Source: Mobula hypostoma
Lineage: Eukaryota
Reading direction: 5' to 3'
Assembly (NCBI RefSeq): GCF_963921235.1
Contig: NC_086097.1
Coordinates: 45,634,001-45,698,000 of the forward strand
Length of the DNA stretch: 64,000 nucleotides
The notes beneath the pieces are model-generated. The model was given only the letters and a program-made list of their open reading frames with translations, was not told where the DNA came from and did not search any database. The position numbers were made by a program, and so were the translations under genes. This document shows, one piece after another, positions 25,196-38,900 of this stretch. Each line of letters opens with the position of its first letter. Position 1 is the stretch's first letter.

Positions 25196-27685
25196 TCATA
25201 GAAGCATAGAAAACCTACAGCACAATACAAGCCCTTTGGCCCACATTGCTGTGCCAAACATGTACTTACTTTAGAAATTACCTAGGGTTACCCATAGCCC
25301 TCTATTCTTCTAAGCTCCATGTACCTATCCAAGAGCCTCTTAAAAGACCCTATCGTATCCGCCTCCACCATCGTAGCCGGCAGCCCATTTCACATACTTA
25401 ACCACTCTCTGCATAAAAAAAACCCCCAAACATCTCTTCTGTACCTACTTCCAAGGAACTTAAAATTGTGTCCTCTCATGATACCCATTTCAGCCCTAGG
25501 GAAAAAGCCTCTGATTATTCACACGATCAATGACTCTAATCATCTTATACACCTTTATCAGGTCACCTCTCATCCTCCGTTGCTCCAAGGAGAAAAGGCC
25601 AAGTTCACTCAACCTATTCTCATAAGCCATGCTCCGCAATCCAGGCAACATCTTTGTAAATCTCCTCTGCACCCTTTCTATAGTTTCCACATCCTTCCTG
25701 TAGTGAGGTGACCAGAACTGAGCACAGTACTCAAAGTGGGGTCTGACCAAGACCCTATATAGCTGTAATATTACCTCTCAGCTCTTGAACTCAATCCCAT
25801 GGTTGATGAAGGCCAATATACCATATGCCTTCTTAACCACACAGTCAACCTGCACAGCATCTTTGACCGTCCTTTGGAGTCAGATCCCAAGATCCCACTG
25901 ATCCTCCACACTGCCAAGAGTCTTACCATCAATGCTATATTCTGCCATCATATTTGACCTACCAAAATGAACCACCTCACACTCATCTGGGTTGAACGCC
26001 ATCTATCACTTCTCAGCCCAGTTTTGCATCCTATCAATGTCTTGCTGTAACCTCTGACAGCCCTTCACACTATCCACAACACCCCCAACCTTTTTGTCAT
26101 CAGCAAATTTACTAACCCATCCCTCCACTTCCTCATCCAGGTCATTTATAAAAGTCATGAAGAGAAGGGGTCCCAGAACAGATCCCTGAGGCACACCACT
26201 GGTCACCAACCTCCATGCAGAATATGACCCGTCTACAACCACTGTTTGCCTTCTGTGGGCAAGCCAATTTTGGATCCACAAAGCAAGGTCCCCTTGGATC
26301 CCATGCCTCCTTACTTTCTCAATAAGCCTTCCATGGGGTACCTGATCAAATGCTTTGCTGAAATCTATATGCAGGACATCTACTGCTCTACCTTCATCAA
26401 TGTGTTTAGCCACATCCTCAAAATTTCAGTCAGGCTTGTAAGGCACAACCTGCCTTTCACAAAGCCATGCTGACTATTCCTAATCATATTAGGCCTCTCC
26501 AAATGTTCATAAATCTTGCCTCTCAGGATCTTCTCCATGAACTTACCAACACTGAAGTAAAACTCACTGGTCTATGATTTCCAGGGCTACCTCTACTCCC
26601 TTTTTTGAATAAGGAAACTACATCTGCAACCCCCCCACAATCCACCGGAACCTCTCCCCTCCCCATTGATGATGCAAAGATCATTGCCAGAGGCTCAGCA
26701 ATCTCCTCCTTCGCCTCCCACAGTAGCCTGGGGTACACCTCGTCCAGTTACGGAGACTTATCCAACTTGATGCTTTCCAAAAGCTCCAGCACTTCCTCTT
26801 TCTTAATGTCTATATGCTCAAGCTTTTCAATCCGCTGTAAGTCATCCCTACAATCGCCAAGGTCCTTTTCCATAGTGAATACTGAAGCAAAGTATTCATT
26901 AAGCATCTCCGCTACCTCCTCCAGTTCCATACACACTTTTCCACTGTCATACTTGATTGGTGCTATTCTGTCATGTCTTATCCTCTTGCTCTTCACATAC
27001 TTGTAGAATGCCTTGGGTTTTCCTTAATCCTGCTCACCGAGGCCTTCTCAGGGTCCCTTCTGGCTCTCCTAATTTCATTCTTAAGCTCCTTTCTCCTAGC
27101 CTTATAATCTTCTAGATCTCTAGCATTACCTAGTTTTTTGAACCTTCCGTAAGCTTTTCTTTTCTTCTTGACTAGATTTTCAATTGCCTTTATACACCAC
27201 GGTTCCTGTACCCTACCATCCTTTTCCTGTCTCATCAGAACATACCTATGCAGAATACCAGGCAAATATCCCCTGAACATTTGCCATATTTCTGTAATAC
27301 ATTTCCCTGAGAACATCTGCTCCCAATTTATACTTACAAGTTCATGCCTGATAGTTTCATATTTCCCCTTACTCCAATTAAACGCTTTCCTCATATGTCT
27401 GTTCCTATCCCTCTCCAATGCTATGGTAAAGGAAATAGAATTGTGATCACTATCTCCAAAATGCTCTCCCACTGAGAGACCTGACACCTGACCAGGTTCT
27501 TTTCCCAGTACCAGATCAAGTACAGCCTCTCCTCTTGTAGGCTTATCTACATATTGTGTCAGGAAGCCTTCCTGAACACATATGACAAACTCCACCCCAT
27601 CTAAACCCCTTGCTCTAGGGAGAGACCAATCAATATTTGGGAAATTTAAAATCACCCATCACGACAACCTTGTTGTTATCGCATA
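25196..27685 (-). mobile_element. CR1 LINE (endonuclease + RT), nested
   Basis: ORFs 26993-27655, 26748-26996, 26523-26738, 26006-26413 and 25496-25750 carry [22 protein letters not shown] and KFADD. Confidence 0.93.
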
Positions 27686-27823
27686 TCGATGGGAGCAGGT
27701 AGTTTACATGGTTTTGGCATGGATTAGGTGGAGTGAAAGGTCTGTTTCTGGGCTGTACTTTTCTATGACTAATGAAAATCTGCTTTAATATTGCAAACAA
27801 TATCTTGTCGAATTTTTTTACAG

Positions 27824-27973
27824 GTTTGCAGGCAAGTCAATTAACTGTGAGCAACAGAACAGTTTGGGTCCGTTGTTCTAATGGGGACATAGCACGTCGT
27901 TATGGAATAACGAACAAAAATCCTCCAGGCGATTATTGGAAAAAAATTCCCGGCAATGTGGCTTGCATAACCG
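27824..27973 (+). CDS. TECPR2: TECPR2 penultimate coding exon
   Basis: Acceptor ttttttacAG and donor GTaagt; 150 nt, phase 1 to 1. Encodes (G)LQASQLTVSNRTVWVRCSNGDIARRYGITNKNPPGDYWKKIPGNVACIT. Confidence 0.96.
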
Positions 27974-28544
27974 GTAAGTTGGTAGTAAATGTGGTCAAAT
28001 ACTACTTTTCCCAATAAGAATTTGTATGATGAGAAAAGAGACGGTGGATGCTGGAATCTGGCACAAATATTTTTGGTGTACATCAAGTTTTGTTTGGATT
28101 GGCATCCCTGGTCAGTCCAGCAATTATTATCCGCCTCTAATTTGAGAAATTGGTCATGAAGTGGATTTCTTGAACGTGCAGTCCCCTTGGTGAAGATATG
28201 TCACAATGCTGTTTGACAAATAGATCCAGTGACTATGAAGGAAATATATTTTAATTCCATGTCCAAATTGTGTGTGACTTCTATGGGAGTCTGTGGGTAG
28301 TGGTGTTCCCATGTGCTGCTGCCCTTATCCTTGATGATGGTTGAAGCAGCGGATTGGGGGGGGGGGGAATGTAGGTGCTGTTTGAGTAGCCTAGGTTTGT
28401 AATTACATTTCATTTTATAGGTGGTACAAAATGCAGTAACAGTGGTGAAGGAAATTAATGTTTATGGTGGTGGATTGGGTGTTGATCGAACAGGCTGCTT
28501 TGTCATAGGTGGATCGAGGTTCTTGGTGTTTTTGAGCCTCTATG

Positions 28545-29230
28545 ACACTACATGTGACACTACAGTACAGAAACAGATACTTTGCCCATCTAGTCCATTC
28601 CAAACTTAGCCGGCCTAGTCCCATTAACCACACATGGACTTTCATAACCCTCCCATCCATGTACATCCAAACTTCTCAAATATTGCAATTGTTCATGTTC
28701 AAGTTTAATTATCATTCAATCATACACGAATATACACAATCAAAACAGGTTTTCTCCGGGGTGTTAAACCCAGATCCACCACTTCTGCTAGTAGTTCATT
28801 TGACACTTGCAGCACCCTCTGAGTAATGAAGTTTCCCCTCAGGTTCCCCTCAAATATTTTGCCTTTCACTCTTAATCTATGAACTCTAGTTTTAGTCTCA
28901 CCTAACCTTAGTGGAAAAATCCAGCTTTCAGTTATCCTATCTATATTCATAATTTTGTATATCTCTGTCAAATATCCACTCATTCTCCTATGCTCCAGAA
29001 AAACTATCCTAACCTATTCAACCTTCCCTCAGGTCCTCAAGTCCAAGTCAACATCCTTGTAAATTTTTTCCATACTCTCTTTCAATCTTGTTTATACTTT
29101 TCCTGTAGGGAGGTGACCAGAGCTGCACATAATATATCAAAGTTAGCCTCACCAACAGTAAAACTTACACAACTTCAACATTATATCCCAATTGCTGTAC
29201 TCAGTACTCTGATTTATGAAAGCCAATGTG
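28545..29230 (-). mobile_element. Degraded CR1 3' fragments
   Basis: ORF 28720-28983(-) resembles the CR1 C-terminus (EIYKIM..FPLRLGETKTRVHRLRVKG..NFITQRV), with a CR1 tail near 28550-28660. Confidence 0.75.
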
Positions 29231-29676
29231 CAATGAGTCAGGTAAAATTAATGATCTTCTAGTTAGAGATCTTGTTGGAAAGGGTGATCACAGTATGATT
29301 GAATTTCCCATACAAATGGAAGGTGCCATAGTTTGCTCTAATCTGGTGTACTATATAAAACTTTTTACTATTTGTTGTGTTGCTTCTTGAAGTTTCTCCA
29401 ATCTTCTGGTTTCCTTCTACTCTTGGTGACTTTGTAGGCATGATCTCTTAGTTTGATGCTTTCCTTAGTTCTCCAAGACTGGCTCTACCTACACTTACTT
29501 GCCTGGCTTTTAATTGTAACGTACTTCTGTTGCATACAGTGAAAAATCACTTTGAAACTCCTTCCTCTTCTTCATCCACCCCTGTGTTTCCAGTCTACCC
29601 TAGTCAGCTCCTCCCTTATCACTTGCAGTCTCCCTCAATCAGTAAATTCTGTTGACATTTTGAAATGCAACACATA

Positions 29677-31109
29677 CAGTGCCTTTAAAAAGTATTCACC
29701 GTCCTTGGAAGTTTTCATGTTTTATTGTTCTACAACATTGAATCACAGTGGATTTAATTTGGCTTTTTTGTCACTGATCAACAGAAAAAGTCTCTTGTTT
29801 GTCAAAATAAAAACAGATCTCTACAAAGTGATCTAAATTAATTAAAATATAAAACACAAAATAATTGGCATAAGTATTCAACACCCTTTAATATGACACA
29901 CCTAATTATCACTGGTGCAGCCAATTAGTTTTAAAAGTCACATAATTAGTTAACTGGAGATCTGTTTTTGGAGACCTATGTGCAGTCAAGATGTTTCAAT
30001 TGTCTGTAGTAAAGACACACCTTTATCTGGAAGGTCAAATTGGATGAGTCAGTATCCTGGTAAAAACTACACCATGAAGGCAAAAGAACACTCTAAGCAA
30101 CTCCACAAATAGGTTATTGAAAGGAACAAGACAGGAGATAGATACAAGAAAATTTCCAAGTCACTGAATATCCCATGGAATATAGTTAAGTCAATCATCA
30201 AGAAATGGAAAGAATACAGCACAGCTGTAAATTTCCCTAGAGCAGGCCGTCCTCAAAAACTGAGTGACCATGAAAGATGGGGAATAGTGAGAGAGGCCAC
30301 CAAGAGTCCAATGACGACTCTGGAGGAGTTACAAATGTCAGTGGCTGAGATGGGAGAGACAAAATGTTGCCAGCTTTATGGGAGAATGGCATGAAATATC
30401 GGCTAGAGTTTGCCAGAAGGCATGTGGGAGACTGAAGTCAGTTGGAAGAAGCTCCTATGGTCTGATGAAACCAAAATTGAGCTTTTTAGCTATCAGACTA
30501 AATGCTATGTTTGGCATAAGCCGAACACTGCACATCATCAAAAACACACCATCCCAACCATGAAGCATGGTGATGGCTGCATCATGCTGTGGGGATGTGT
30601 CACTGTAGCAGGTCCTGGAAGGCTTGTGAAGGTAGAGGGTAAAACGAATGCAGCAAAATACAGGGGAATCCTGGAGGAAAATTTGATGCAGTCTTGGAGA
30701 ACTGCGACTTAGGAGAAAATTTCTTTTCCAGCAAGACAATGACCCTAAGCATAAAACCAAAGCTACACGGGAATGGCTTAAAAACAACAAAGTTATTGTC
30801 CTGGAGTGGCTAAATTAGAGTCCAGACCTCAATACAATTGAGAATATGTGGCTGGACTTGAAAAGGGCTGTTCACTCATGATTCCCATGCAATCAGAATG
30901 AGCTTGAGCAGTTTTGTAAAGAAAAATGGGGGAAATTGCCATGTCCAGTTATGCAAAGCTGATACAGACCTATCCACACAGACTTAAGGCTCTAATTGCT
31001 GCCAAAGGTGCATCTACAAAATACTGATTTGAAGGGGGGTGATTATTTATGCATTCAGTTATTATGTGTTTTATATTTGTAATTAATATAGATCACTGTA
31101 GAGATCTGT
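29677..31109 (+). mobile_element. Tc1-family transposon; left TIR intact, right TIR truncated, transposase (30074-31027) pseudogenised
   Basis: TA|CAGTGCCTTTAAAAAGTATTCACC start and inner DR at ~29870. Motifs GRPQKLS, LWSDETKIELF, KHGDGCIMLWG, FQQDNDPKHK, SPDLNTIENMW. Partial mirror of the left TIR at 31031-31109. Confidence 0.92.
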
Positions 31110-31229
31110 AACAAGAGAAAATCTGCAGTCACTAGCAATCCAAGCAACAAAATGCTGGAGGAACTCAGCAGGCCAGGCAGCATCTATGGAAAAGAGTACA
31201 GTTGATGTATATAGTTCGGGTCTCTTTAC

Positions 31230-31825
31230 TTGAGGGAAGTTGTACAGGTTTTGGAGGCAGTGCTGTGGAGGTTCACCAGGTTGATTCTGGAGATGGGGGG
31301 GAATTAGCTTCTAAGGAGAGATCGAGTTGCCTGGGACTTTACTCACTGGAATACAGAAGAATGAGAAGGGGTCTTATAGAAACATTTAAAATTATGAAAA
31401 AGATTGATAAAATAAAGGCAGGGAAGTTATTTCCATTGGTACGTGAAATTAGAACTAGGGTACATAGCCTCAAGATTTGGAGAAATGGATTTAAAATGGA
31501 GATGCGGAAAAACTGCTTTCCCAGAGAGTATCTGTGGGATTCTCTTCCCAAGTGACATAGCAGCTACCTCATTAAATATACTGCATAATAAGACACAGTA
31601 CCATATAGGAAGGTGGTTGGGAAACAGAAATAAGAGTACTTAGCTTTGTATTAGCTCAATAGTATTAAGCAGTATTTGGTAACTGGAAAAACATAATATG
31701 CTTAATGGTTATCGGGAGAAGGCGGGTAGGTGGAGCTGAGTCCATGGCCAGATCAGTCATGATCATATTGAATGACAGAGCAGGCCTGATGGGCCATTTG
31801 GCCTATTTGTGCTCCAATGTCTCAT
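31230..31825 (+). mobile_element. CR1 3' fragment (preceded by a Penelope pLTR piece at 31110-31205)
   Basis: LGLYSLEYRRMRRGLIETFKIMK..LFPLV followed by a CR1 3' UTR. Confidence 0.8.
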
Positions 31826-32125
31826 TCATGTTTTAGTGTTTGAGGAGAAATATCACTTACCCAGGCACTGAATTGCCCTTGTAGCCATAATATTCATATG
31901 GCTAGTCCAGATGAGTTTCTGATCATTGGTAACCCACACCCTCAAGATGTTCATGATGGGAGCTCTGAGTGATGAATATACCAATGTACAGCAGTAGCTA
32001 CTGTGCATTTAACATATCAATAATATCTAGGTAGTGTGTGTGTGTGTGTATATATATATTTTTTTTTAAGTTGTTGGTACTTTATGTGTGTTGCTTGAAA
32101 TTCCAGCATCTGCAGATTTCCTCGA

Positions 32126-32332
32126 GTTTGTGTATATATTGTTTGATTAAGCATTCTTTGTTTAAATAATTCATTATGGCTATATGTACGAAATACAGGA
32201 ATGGTATACATTATCACGCCACCATGTTATATGCATGCACCTTGCTTAAAGCAAAACCGAAGTTAGATGCATTATTCCCGGCTCTGTGTTTTTGCTTTGT
32301 TAGTTTAATATTTTGAAGGTACAAAGCATACC
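32126..32332 (+). mobile_element. Solo LTR related to the LTR at 49272-49492
   Basis: Its reverse complement aligns by eye with 49272-49492 (tatg.tttgta.cttcaaaa; taacttcg..ttt.ctttaag; aattatttaaacaaagaa; tacacaa). Confidence 0.65.
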
Positions 32333-33413
32333 GGTCGGAAAAATTTGATCATTCATTTTGTTAAAAAAAAAAGTTGTTCATCATACAAGGACTCAAGCCG
32401 TTGAATAGCCTAGTAATTACTATATATGTGTATGTGTGCACATTGAGTTTTTTAAGAAAAGTGAATGCTTGAGCCAATAAAATATCTATATGCTTGAACC
32501 AATAATATTTTTAAATATCTTGCATATTACAAGTGGTCAGCATTCATAGCAGTAAAACTCATTCTACTTTTTAACTTTGAGTTCCGTGGTGAGATCTGAC
32601 GTATGTATCTCATAAGTTTGAATGTGTAATCAGCCCCCTTACTGAGGACAGCCTGGTATGACATCATCTATTGCAAGATACTGTATATAGCCAGAGACAA
32701 TTCCAAATGCATCTCATTGTGTAAATGTAAAGTTTTTTGTGAAATCCACTTTTCCTTAGTGTAAGTTAACAATGGCTTTCTGATATCAAATCTAGTACTT
32801 TACAAAAGATGGTGACCATCCAAGGTTTTGGTGGGGTGGGGGAGTTTAGCAGGTTAGGGGTTCTTCTTTTGAGAGAGAACTAGCTAAGTTTTTGGTTGAG
32901 CATAATGTATTTTCTGTCCCTCCATCTTGAATGTTAAACGTGAGCTCTTTCAACTGTTACAATTATCTCTACATAGCATTTCAAAATCTACACCTCAAGC
33001 AGGGTTTAATGTAATAATTTATATTAGATTTTTAAAAAGTCATACTACCCCTCGGTTCCATTTCATCATCTACAATTTAGTCCGATATTTATTCCTGCAG
33101 TCTGATTAATGAAGTGAATAAGAGTTGATTAAAGATGTTTAAAAACTTGTAAATTGATTTATATAACCATTTCAAGATTGCTTTATCCACTGTTGTCCTT
33201 GCCTGCTGTTTTGCTGTCTTCTCACTACTGTGATGTAATTACTTAGCAATTGTGATAAGTGTACTTTACACATATCACCTTTTATGGAAAAACTAAATTA
33301 CCTTTGCTGGAAATTCCTAACAAAAGAAGATCATAGTATTTAAACTTGCTTTGTGTATTTAGTGTTTGTTTTCAAACTGCTAATATCATATATTGTTCTT
33401 TCTTCTTGCATAG

Positions 33414-33571
33414 TAACTCCTCAAGATGAACTGTGGGGCATTGGTAATGGAGGATCCCTCCTTCAACGACTTACCAAGAATTTTAGCCATACAGGTTCAC
33501 TGGTTAACCCGAACCGGAACGCTGGTTTGGGCCAATTTGATGACTTTGATGATGAATGGGAGATTATCTGA
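33414..33571 (+). CDS. TECPR2: TECPR2 terminal coding exon with C-terminal LIR motif
   Basis: Acceptor tcttcttgcatAG, phase 1. Encodes (V)TPQDELWGIGNGGSLLQRLTKNFSHTGSLVNPNRNAGLGQFDDFDDEWEII-stop; human TECPR2 ends DEWEVI as recalled. Confidence 0.96.
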
Positions 33572-36190
33572 AGATTGGGAGCATAGTTTATTGTAGCATT
33601 AAGCTGATTTAATTAAACAGTTTACATTTACTTTCTGTACACAATTTTAAACCTGTTAAGGTTAAATATTGTATTTGGTTAACGTGGTGTACACATTTGT
33701 CCATTATTGTCATTATAATTATATGGCTTTGGGGTTTCTGCCACCATTGGTATATACAAATTGCTATGTAATTCAATAAAGCAACTAAAGTACTTGGAGT
33801 CCTGTCTTCAGATTGGACAACCACTGCCAGAGTATGCTTCTGACAGAATATCATATTTGGACTGGCTTGGTTGCCAATCATTTACTAATCCATATAAATG
33901 CTTTAAGTTGTTGTTTGACATGCCGACATGAACTGAATGGTTTGTTCATTGTTTTTTTGCATCATATGGATTGAATGCATATTTTATAGAGCAAATGATT
34001 CTTTTTTTTTGTCGCTATAGTGACAGCATGTCTATTTTCCCTAAACTTGCAGTCACCCTGAAACTCAGATTAATTTCTGTGACTGGAAGCCAGCAATCCT
34101 CAATCTAAAAACACATTCTGTCGTGGATTTGGGTACGATCACTTTACACAATAATGTCGTAAAATAATTTGCAATTATTTTAAGTTCTAATGTATTGGTA
34201 TCTGACAGTAAAAGCCCCAAAAGTTCTAATAATTGTAGATATCAAAATAATGCAATTTCCAAAATGTTCTCTGGTTTAAAGTCTTAGAAATAAGTAGTAC
34301 ACTTGTTTAAATGTTATTGAATATTCCAAAATTGCCTTATTAAATATTAATTATTGTAAATAGTAAATGTGCACAACTATAGTAATAATTTGAGACTTTC
34401 ATGACCTTTGACTTTTTTTTACTCCTTTTTAAGAAGTGACATAAACAAGTAATAGCCAAAAATGATTAGTGATACTTTTTGCCTACCCACTGCAGAAGTA
34501 ACAATGTTTACACTTTCCAGATAAATATTAACCAGATGTGTATGTACAGTTCAGATGCAGTTTCTGTATATTCTAAAAGGTTAGTTCAGTTGTAATTTGC
34601 ACTTTGAGCAGTTGTAGTGAGTACTTTGAGGAAACATTATAAAGAGATTGCTTGCATTTATTATATGGTATGTTATGTCCCATTGTATTGGGTATGACTA
34701 ACTTTTTTCTGAAAATCTGTGAATGAGTTTTCTTCAGTAAAAATTACAGAATGAAATATCCAAAAATTAATTCATCCTAGAAATTAAATATTCACAAACA
34801 ATAGCACATTTTTTAAAAGCTAAAAGTAGATGGAACATTAATTCAGTTGCCCAAACATTACTAGTTCATTCAAAACATAGTCTTTATAGCGCAGCCCTTT
34901 TATTCAATTTTGTATACAAATCCCTTAAATTACAAGGGATTTGTGTAATCGGCAGTATAGTTGTGTAGCAATTCATGCCAGATTTCCAAATAAATATCTG
35001 GAAAAATTAAACTCGTGAAAGCCCATTCTGTGCTCTAGTTGATACTCTTCAGGGAATGAGAAGCTAACTTGACTGATCACTCACTTTCCCTTGGAATCCA
35101 ATAGGTTGGATATTTGTTGAAATCTGTTTAAAAGCTTTATCGTTGTTAAGCAGAGTTTCCATAAGTGAAACTGAAAATATTTTAAAATATAGAGAATTGG
35201 GTTTGCAAAATTATGTTTCAATTTTATCCACATCAGTTTTTATTGTTTTTATCAATTTTAATTAAGTCCAGTCAAATGAATTTTTGTAATGTTGGTCCTC
35301 CCCATGACAACATAACTGACTGTGTATGAACTGTAAATAATTACACTGAGCTTTTTGGATATTCTCTCACTGAAAATAATATATGTGAATGTGATACTAA
35401 GAAGTATGGAAGTGTTTAATTCCCCATGACTTTCACACGGGCATAAAACAATATAAGTTCAATAGGAAAAGATGATATTCGAAAAAATAAAAATCAACTC
35501 TAATGGGAGTATTATAATTGCAAAAGTTTGCAAAGTGGCAAAATTAGTTTGCACAGCTAAATGTCTAGCCTGTGTATGTGAACTCGTTTGCCACTTCTTG
35601 GTAAATGATACTGGAAATTCTGATGTAATTAAAAATAAACTTCGTTCCTCAACTTAATTTTCATTCTTTGAAAGGATTGCAGCAATTATGTTCAATTGAT
35701 ACATTAGATGCTTTTTACAAATGTAAAATATTTTAAGCTGTTTATAAAATGTCTTTGCAATAGTACATTGTGTAAAATTTACAGTGATTGTTAATCCTGG
35801 GACTGAATTTTCAGTGAGTAATATGCTGTCTTAAGCTGTTCAAAGGATTGTGTGCATTAACATGATGTTGCAGCTTTACATGGTCTTTATCGAAATTTCA
35901 TCTAAAATGTTTTGCTGTCCAGAATACTTGTAGATATTAAAATGTAAATTGTAGATAAATTGAGAGTCTTTGCTATGGCTGAATTCACAAGAAAAAGCTC
36001 TGGGGTATTTAAACTATGCTATAATCTAAACTGTACTACATGCATGGTATTGTATATTTAAATTATTATTTAAATTTATTATGTTTTACATTTGTGTTTC
36101 AGAAGTAGTCTTGTTCCCAAAATACTACCTATACTTGTTTGTATAAGCTAGCAAAAATTAAATAAAAGAATTAAAAGATCTTTTTACATC
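33572..36190 (+). other. TECPR2: Probable TECPR2 3' UTR
   Basis: AT-rich, with no recognisable transposon. AATAAA at 33775, 35634 and 36161; the last is followed by ATTAAA and a T-rich tract. Confidence 0.6.
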
Positions 36191-36529
36191 TGTTTTGTAT
36201 AATTTATTAAAATTCTTCCTTTATTTTAAGCTAGAAATTCTGAAGCTGAAGTTAACTATTTTTTAAGAATTGAAAATGAATAATTGTACCCATTTGTCAT
36301 TATGCCCACTGACTAAATAAAGTTAATGAAGTGAATCACCACCTTGAATTACTGTAATGCTAATGGTGAATATTATTTTACTGTTTCTTGGGGAGTTCTC
36401 GGATTTTAACAAAACGACAGTAAATGAAAAAGATAGATTTCTCAAATTAAGATGGTGTGTGAATTGCAAAGGAATTTGGATGCAGTGACATTCCCATTTA
36501 CCCACTTCCCTCTGTTCTCTGCAACTTAA

Positions 36530-37122
36530 AGCATATGACATTGAAACAGAATTAGGCCATTTGGCCCATTCGCCTTCCTTTTTCCCCATATCCACTGACA
36601 CCCTTACTAATCAAGCACCTATCAACCTCTGCTTTAAATATACCCAATGACTTCCTTTCCCAATATCCACTGACACTCTTACTAATCAAGCACCTATTAA
36701 CCTCTGCTTTAAATATACCCACTGACTTCCTTTTCCCCATATCCACTAACACCCTTACTAATCAAGCACCTATCAACCTCTGCTTTAAATATACCCAATG
36801 ACTTCCTTTCCCAATATCCACTGACACTCTTACTAATCAAGCACCTATCAACCTCTGCTTTAAATATACCCAATGACTTCCTTTTCCCCATATCCACTGA
36901 CACCCTTACTAATTAAGCACCTCTCAACCTCTGCTTTAAATATACCCAATGACTAGGCTGCCACACCAGTCTATGGCAATCAATTCCTCACATTCACCAC
37001 CCTGTGCCTAAAGAAATTCCTCATCTCTGTTCTTAAGGAGCATCCTTCTACCCTGAGGTTGTGCCCTCTGATCCTAGACTCCCTCACTGTAGGAAACATC
37101 CTGTCCACATCCACTCTATCTA
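36530..37122 (-). mobile_element. CR1 3' fragment containing a tandem array
   Basis: CR1 C-terminus/3' UTR sequence (LGIFKAEVDRCLISKGVSGYGEK). Confidence 0.85.
36578..36954. repeat. Minisatellite of five 75-76-bp units
   Basis: Unit cttt(t)cc(c/a)atatccactgacac(c/t)cttactaatcaagcacctatcaacctctgctttaaatatacccaatgacttc is repeated five times. Confidence 0.95.
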
Positions 37123-38589
37123 AGTCACTTAAGCCCTTGCCTTTTCACTTTCCCAGTTCTGATGAAGGGTCTTAAACCTAATTTATAATATTCCTAACTT
37201 CCCATCCCCACCAAGGATGGTTGATCTGTTGAACACATCATTCTGTTTTTGTTCTCAATCTCCTGCCTCTTCTCTACTGGATGGTACCAATGTGGTAGTT
37301 TCATTGGAACAGATTAATTAAATATGAAATTGATTCTGGAGTACCTCACAGTTACCTGTGGCATGTAGTCAGGTTCACAGTCTGTTTTAATCCCTGATAT
37401 CTCAAGGAGAGAAATAAGGTGGCTGTAAGTTGGTCTTGTGAGAAGGCTAACAGCATTTTGGTTGAACATTTTTATTTGGTGCTCTGCTTTAATCATGTTC
37501 TTGCTACTTTTCAGTACGTGTAGAATCTGATACAGTTTAACTCCACATTTTCAGCTATGTCTGAAACTACCAGTGTGATGTCTACATATTGAACTAATAT
37601 GGCTGACAATAGTAGAGAGAGGAATATTTTGTGTCATGAATCCGCAGATCCAGGAGCTGATGGCCTATAGTCCCTAATGAAGGTACAATTTTGAGCTGCT
37701 AAACATTCTGAACTGATCCCAGTTTAACACTCTGGCAGTTAAGCAAAATATTGGACTTTGTGCAGAGTCAGTGCAAACAATATTATCGAGGAAAGCTGCA
37801 TTAGATTAATTAAATTGCCTGAGGTCAAGTAGTTTTATTGCTCGTGTTATTCTCACAAACTGATTGGGCCAACCTCAACCTCTCAACTCTGTTGCTAGTA
37901 AGCTGCTGTTACTGATAAACTCCTGAAGCTGCCACCCAGAGTGTATTCTGCGTCATAGCTGCCGTAAGTACTGCTCATCACAATACTTGTGCAACAGCAG
38001 TAGGAAAATGTTAAGTTTTTAAATTTAGAGAAAGTGTGTAGAACATCTGGACCTGATGCTCAAATCAGGTTTCTTATTGACACATGTTTATAGACCACTG
38101 AGAAATCTGATGGTGGAGGAAAACTGACAGTATAACACATACAATTAAATGAGCTAACTTTATAATTCTTAATTTAACTACAGGGTTAGTGAAGAAAAAG
38201 CAAAAAAAAAGAAAAGGACCAATTTTAATGAAACAGTCTAACGTGCACAAGTTGGAACTCACGGTTTCTCCTTTGCCGATCTTCCTTCGATCTCCCCAGC
38301 CTTCATCAGGTCATGACTCCACTCCGGCATCTTCCCTCTTCATCTCCTGCCAAACCGAAGACCCAGATCACCGTGGTGTCAGGCACACGGCCACGAAAAA
38401 CACCCTCCCGTCATGGGATGGCTCACATTCCAAAGCACCTGTTACCTCTAACCGTAACCCAAACACTGCTTCTACAGAAAGACCATTACATTAGCAGTGA
38501 AACCTTTCCCAGGGTGTAACATATTTGGGAGGCCTTAAGGTCCTATTGAGTTTAGAATGTTGCGCTCAGCAAACCCAATATCATCACGT

Positions 38590-38900
38590 CCCTTATGGTA
38601 GTAATGAGAAGCGGTCATGTCCTGACAATGAGGACTCTTAATGAAGGATGCCACCTTCTTAAAGCACAGCCTTTTGAAAGTGTCCTTGTTGGTAGGGAGG
38701 GTTATGCTCGTGATTGAGCTGGTTAAATCTACAACCTTCTGCAGCCTCTTGTGATTCTGCACATTAGAGTCTCTACAGCAGGCAGTGATGCAACCAGTCA
38801 GAATGTTCACCACTGTACAACATGTCAAAATTTGCTAAAATCTTTGGAAGCATATTAAATCTCTTCAAATTCCTATTGGCGTGTAGCTGCTGAATGCTTT
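38590..38900 (-). mobile_element. Old Rex1-type LINE fragment
   Basis: ORF 38535-38828(-) VVNILTGCITACC..KRLQKVV..KKVASFIK. Confidence 0.65.

Larger units (their letters stand above)
23660..27770 (+). mobile_element. CR1 RT fragment hosting two nested insertions
   Basis: RPVRLTSVVGKLL, VYMDFSKAFDKV, KFADDTK and ORF 24485-24883. The 3' UTR breaks at ~25195 and resumes at ~27690-27770. Confidence 0.85.

Noticed and set aside
36578..36954. Regular repeat resembling a CRISPR array
   Set aside because: No unique spacers, units are CR1 sequence, and the context is eukaryotic.
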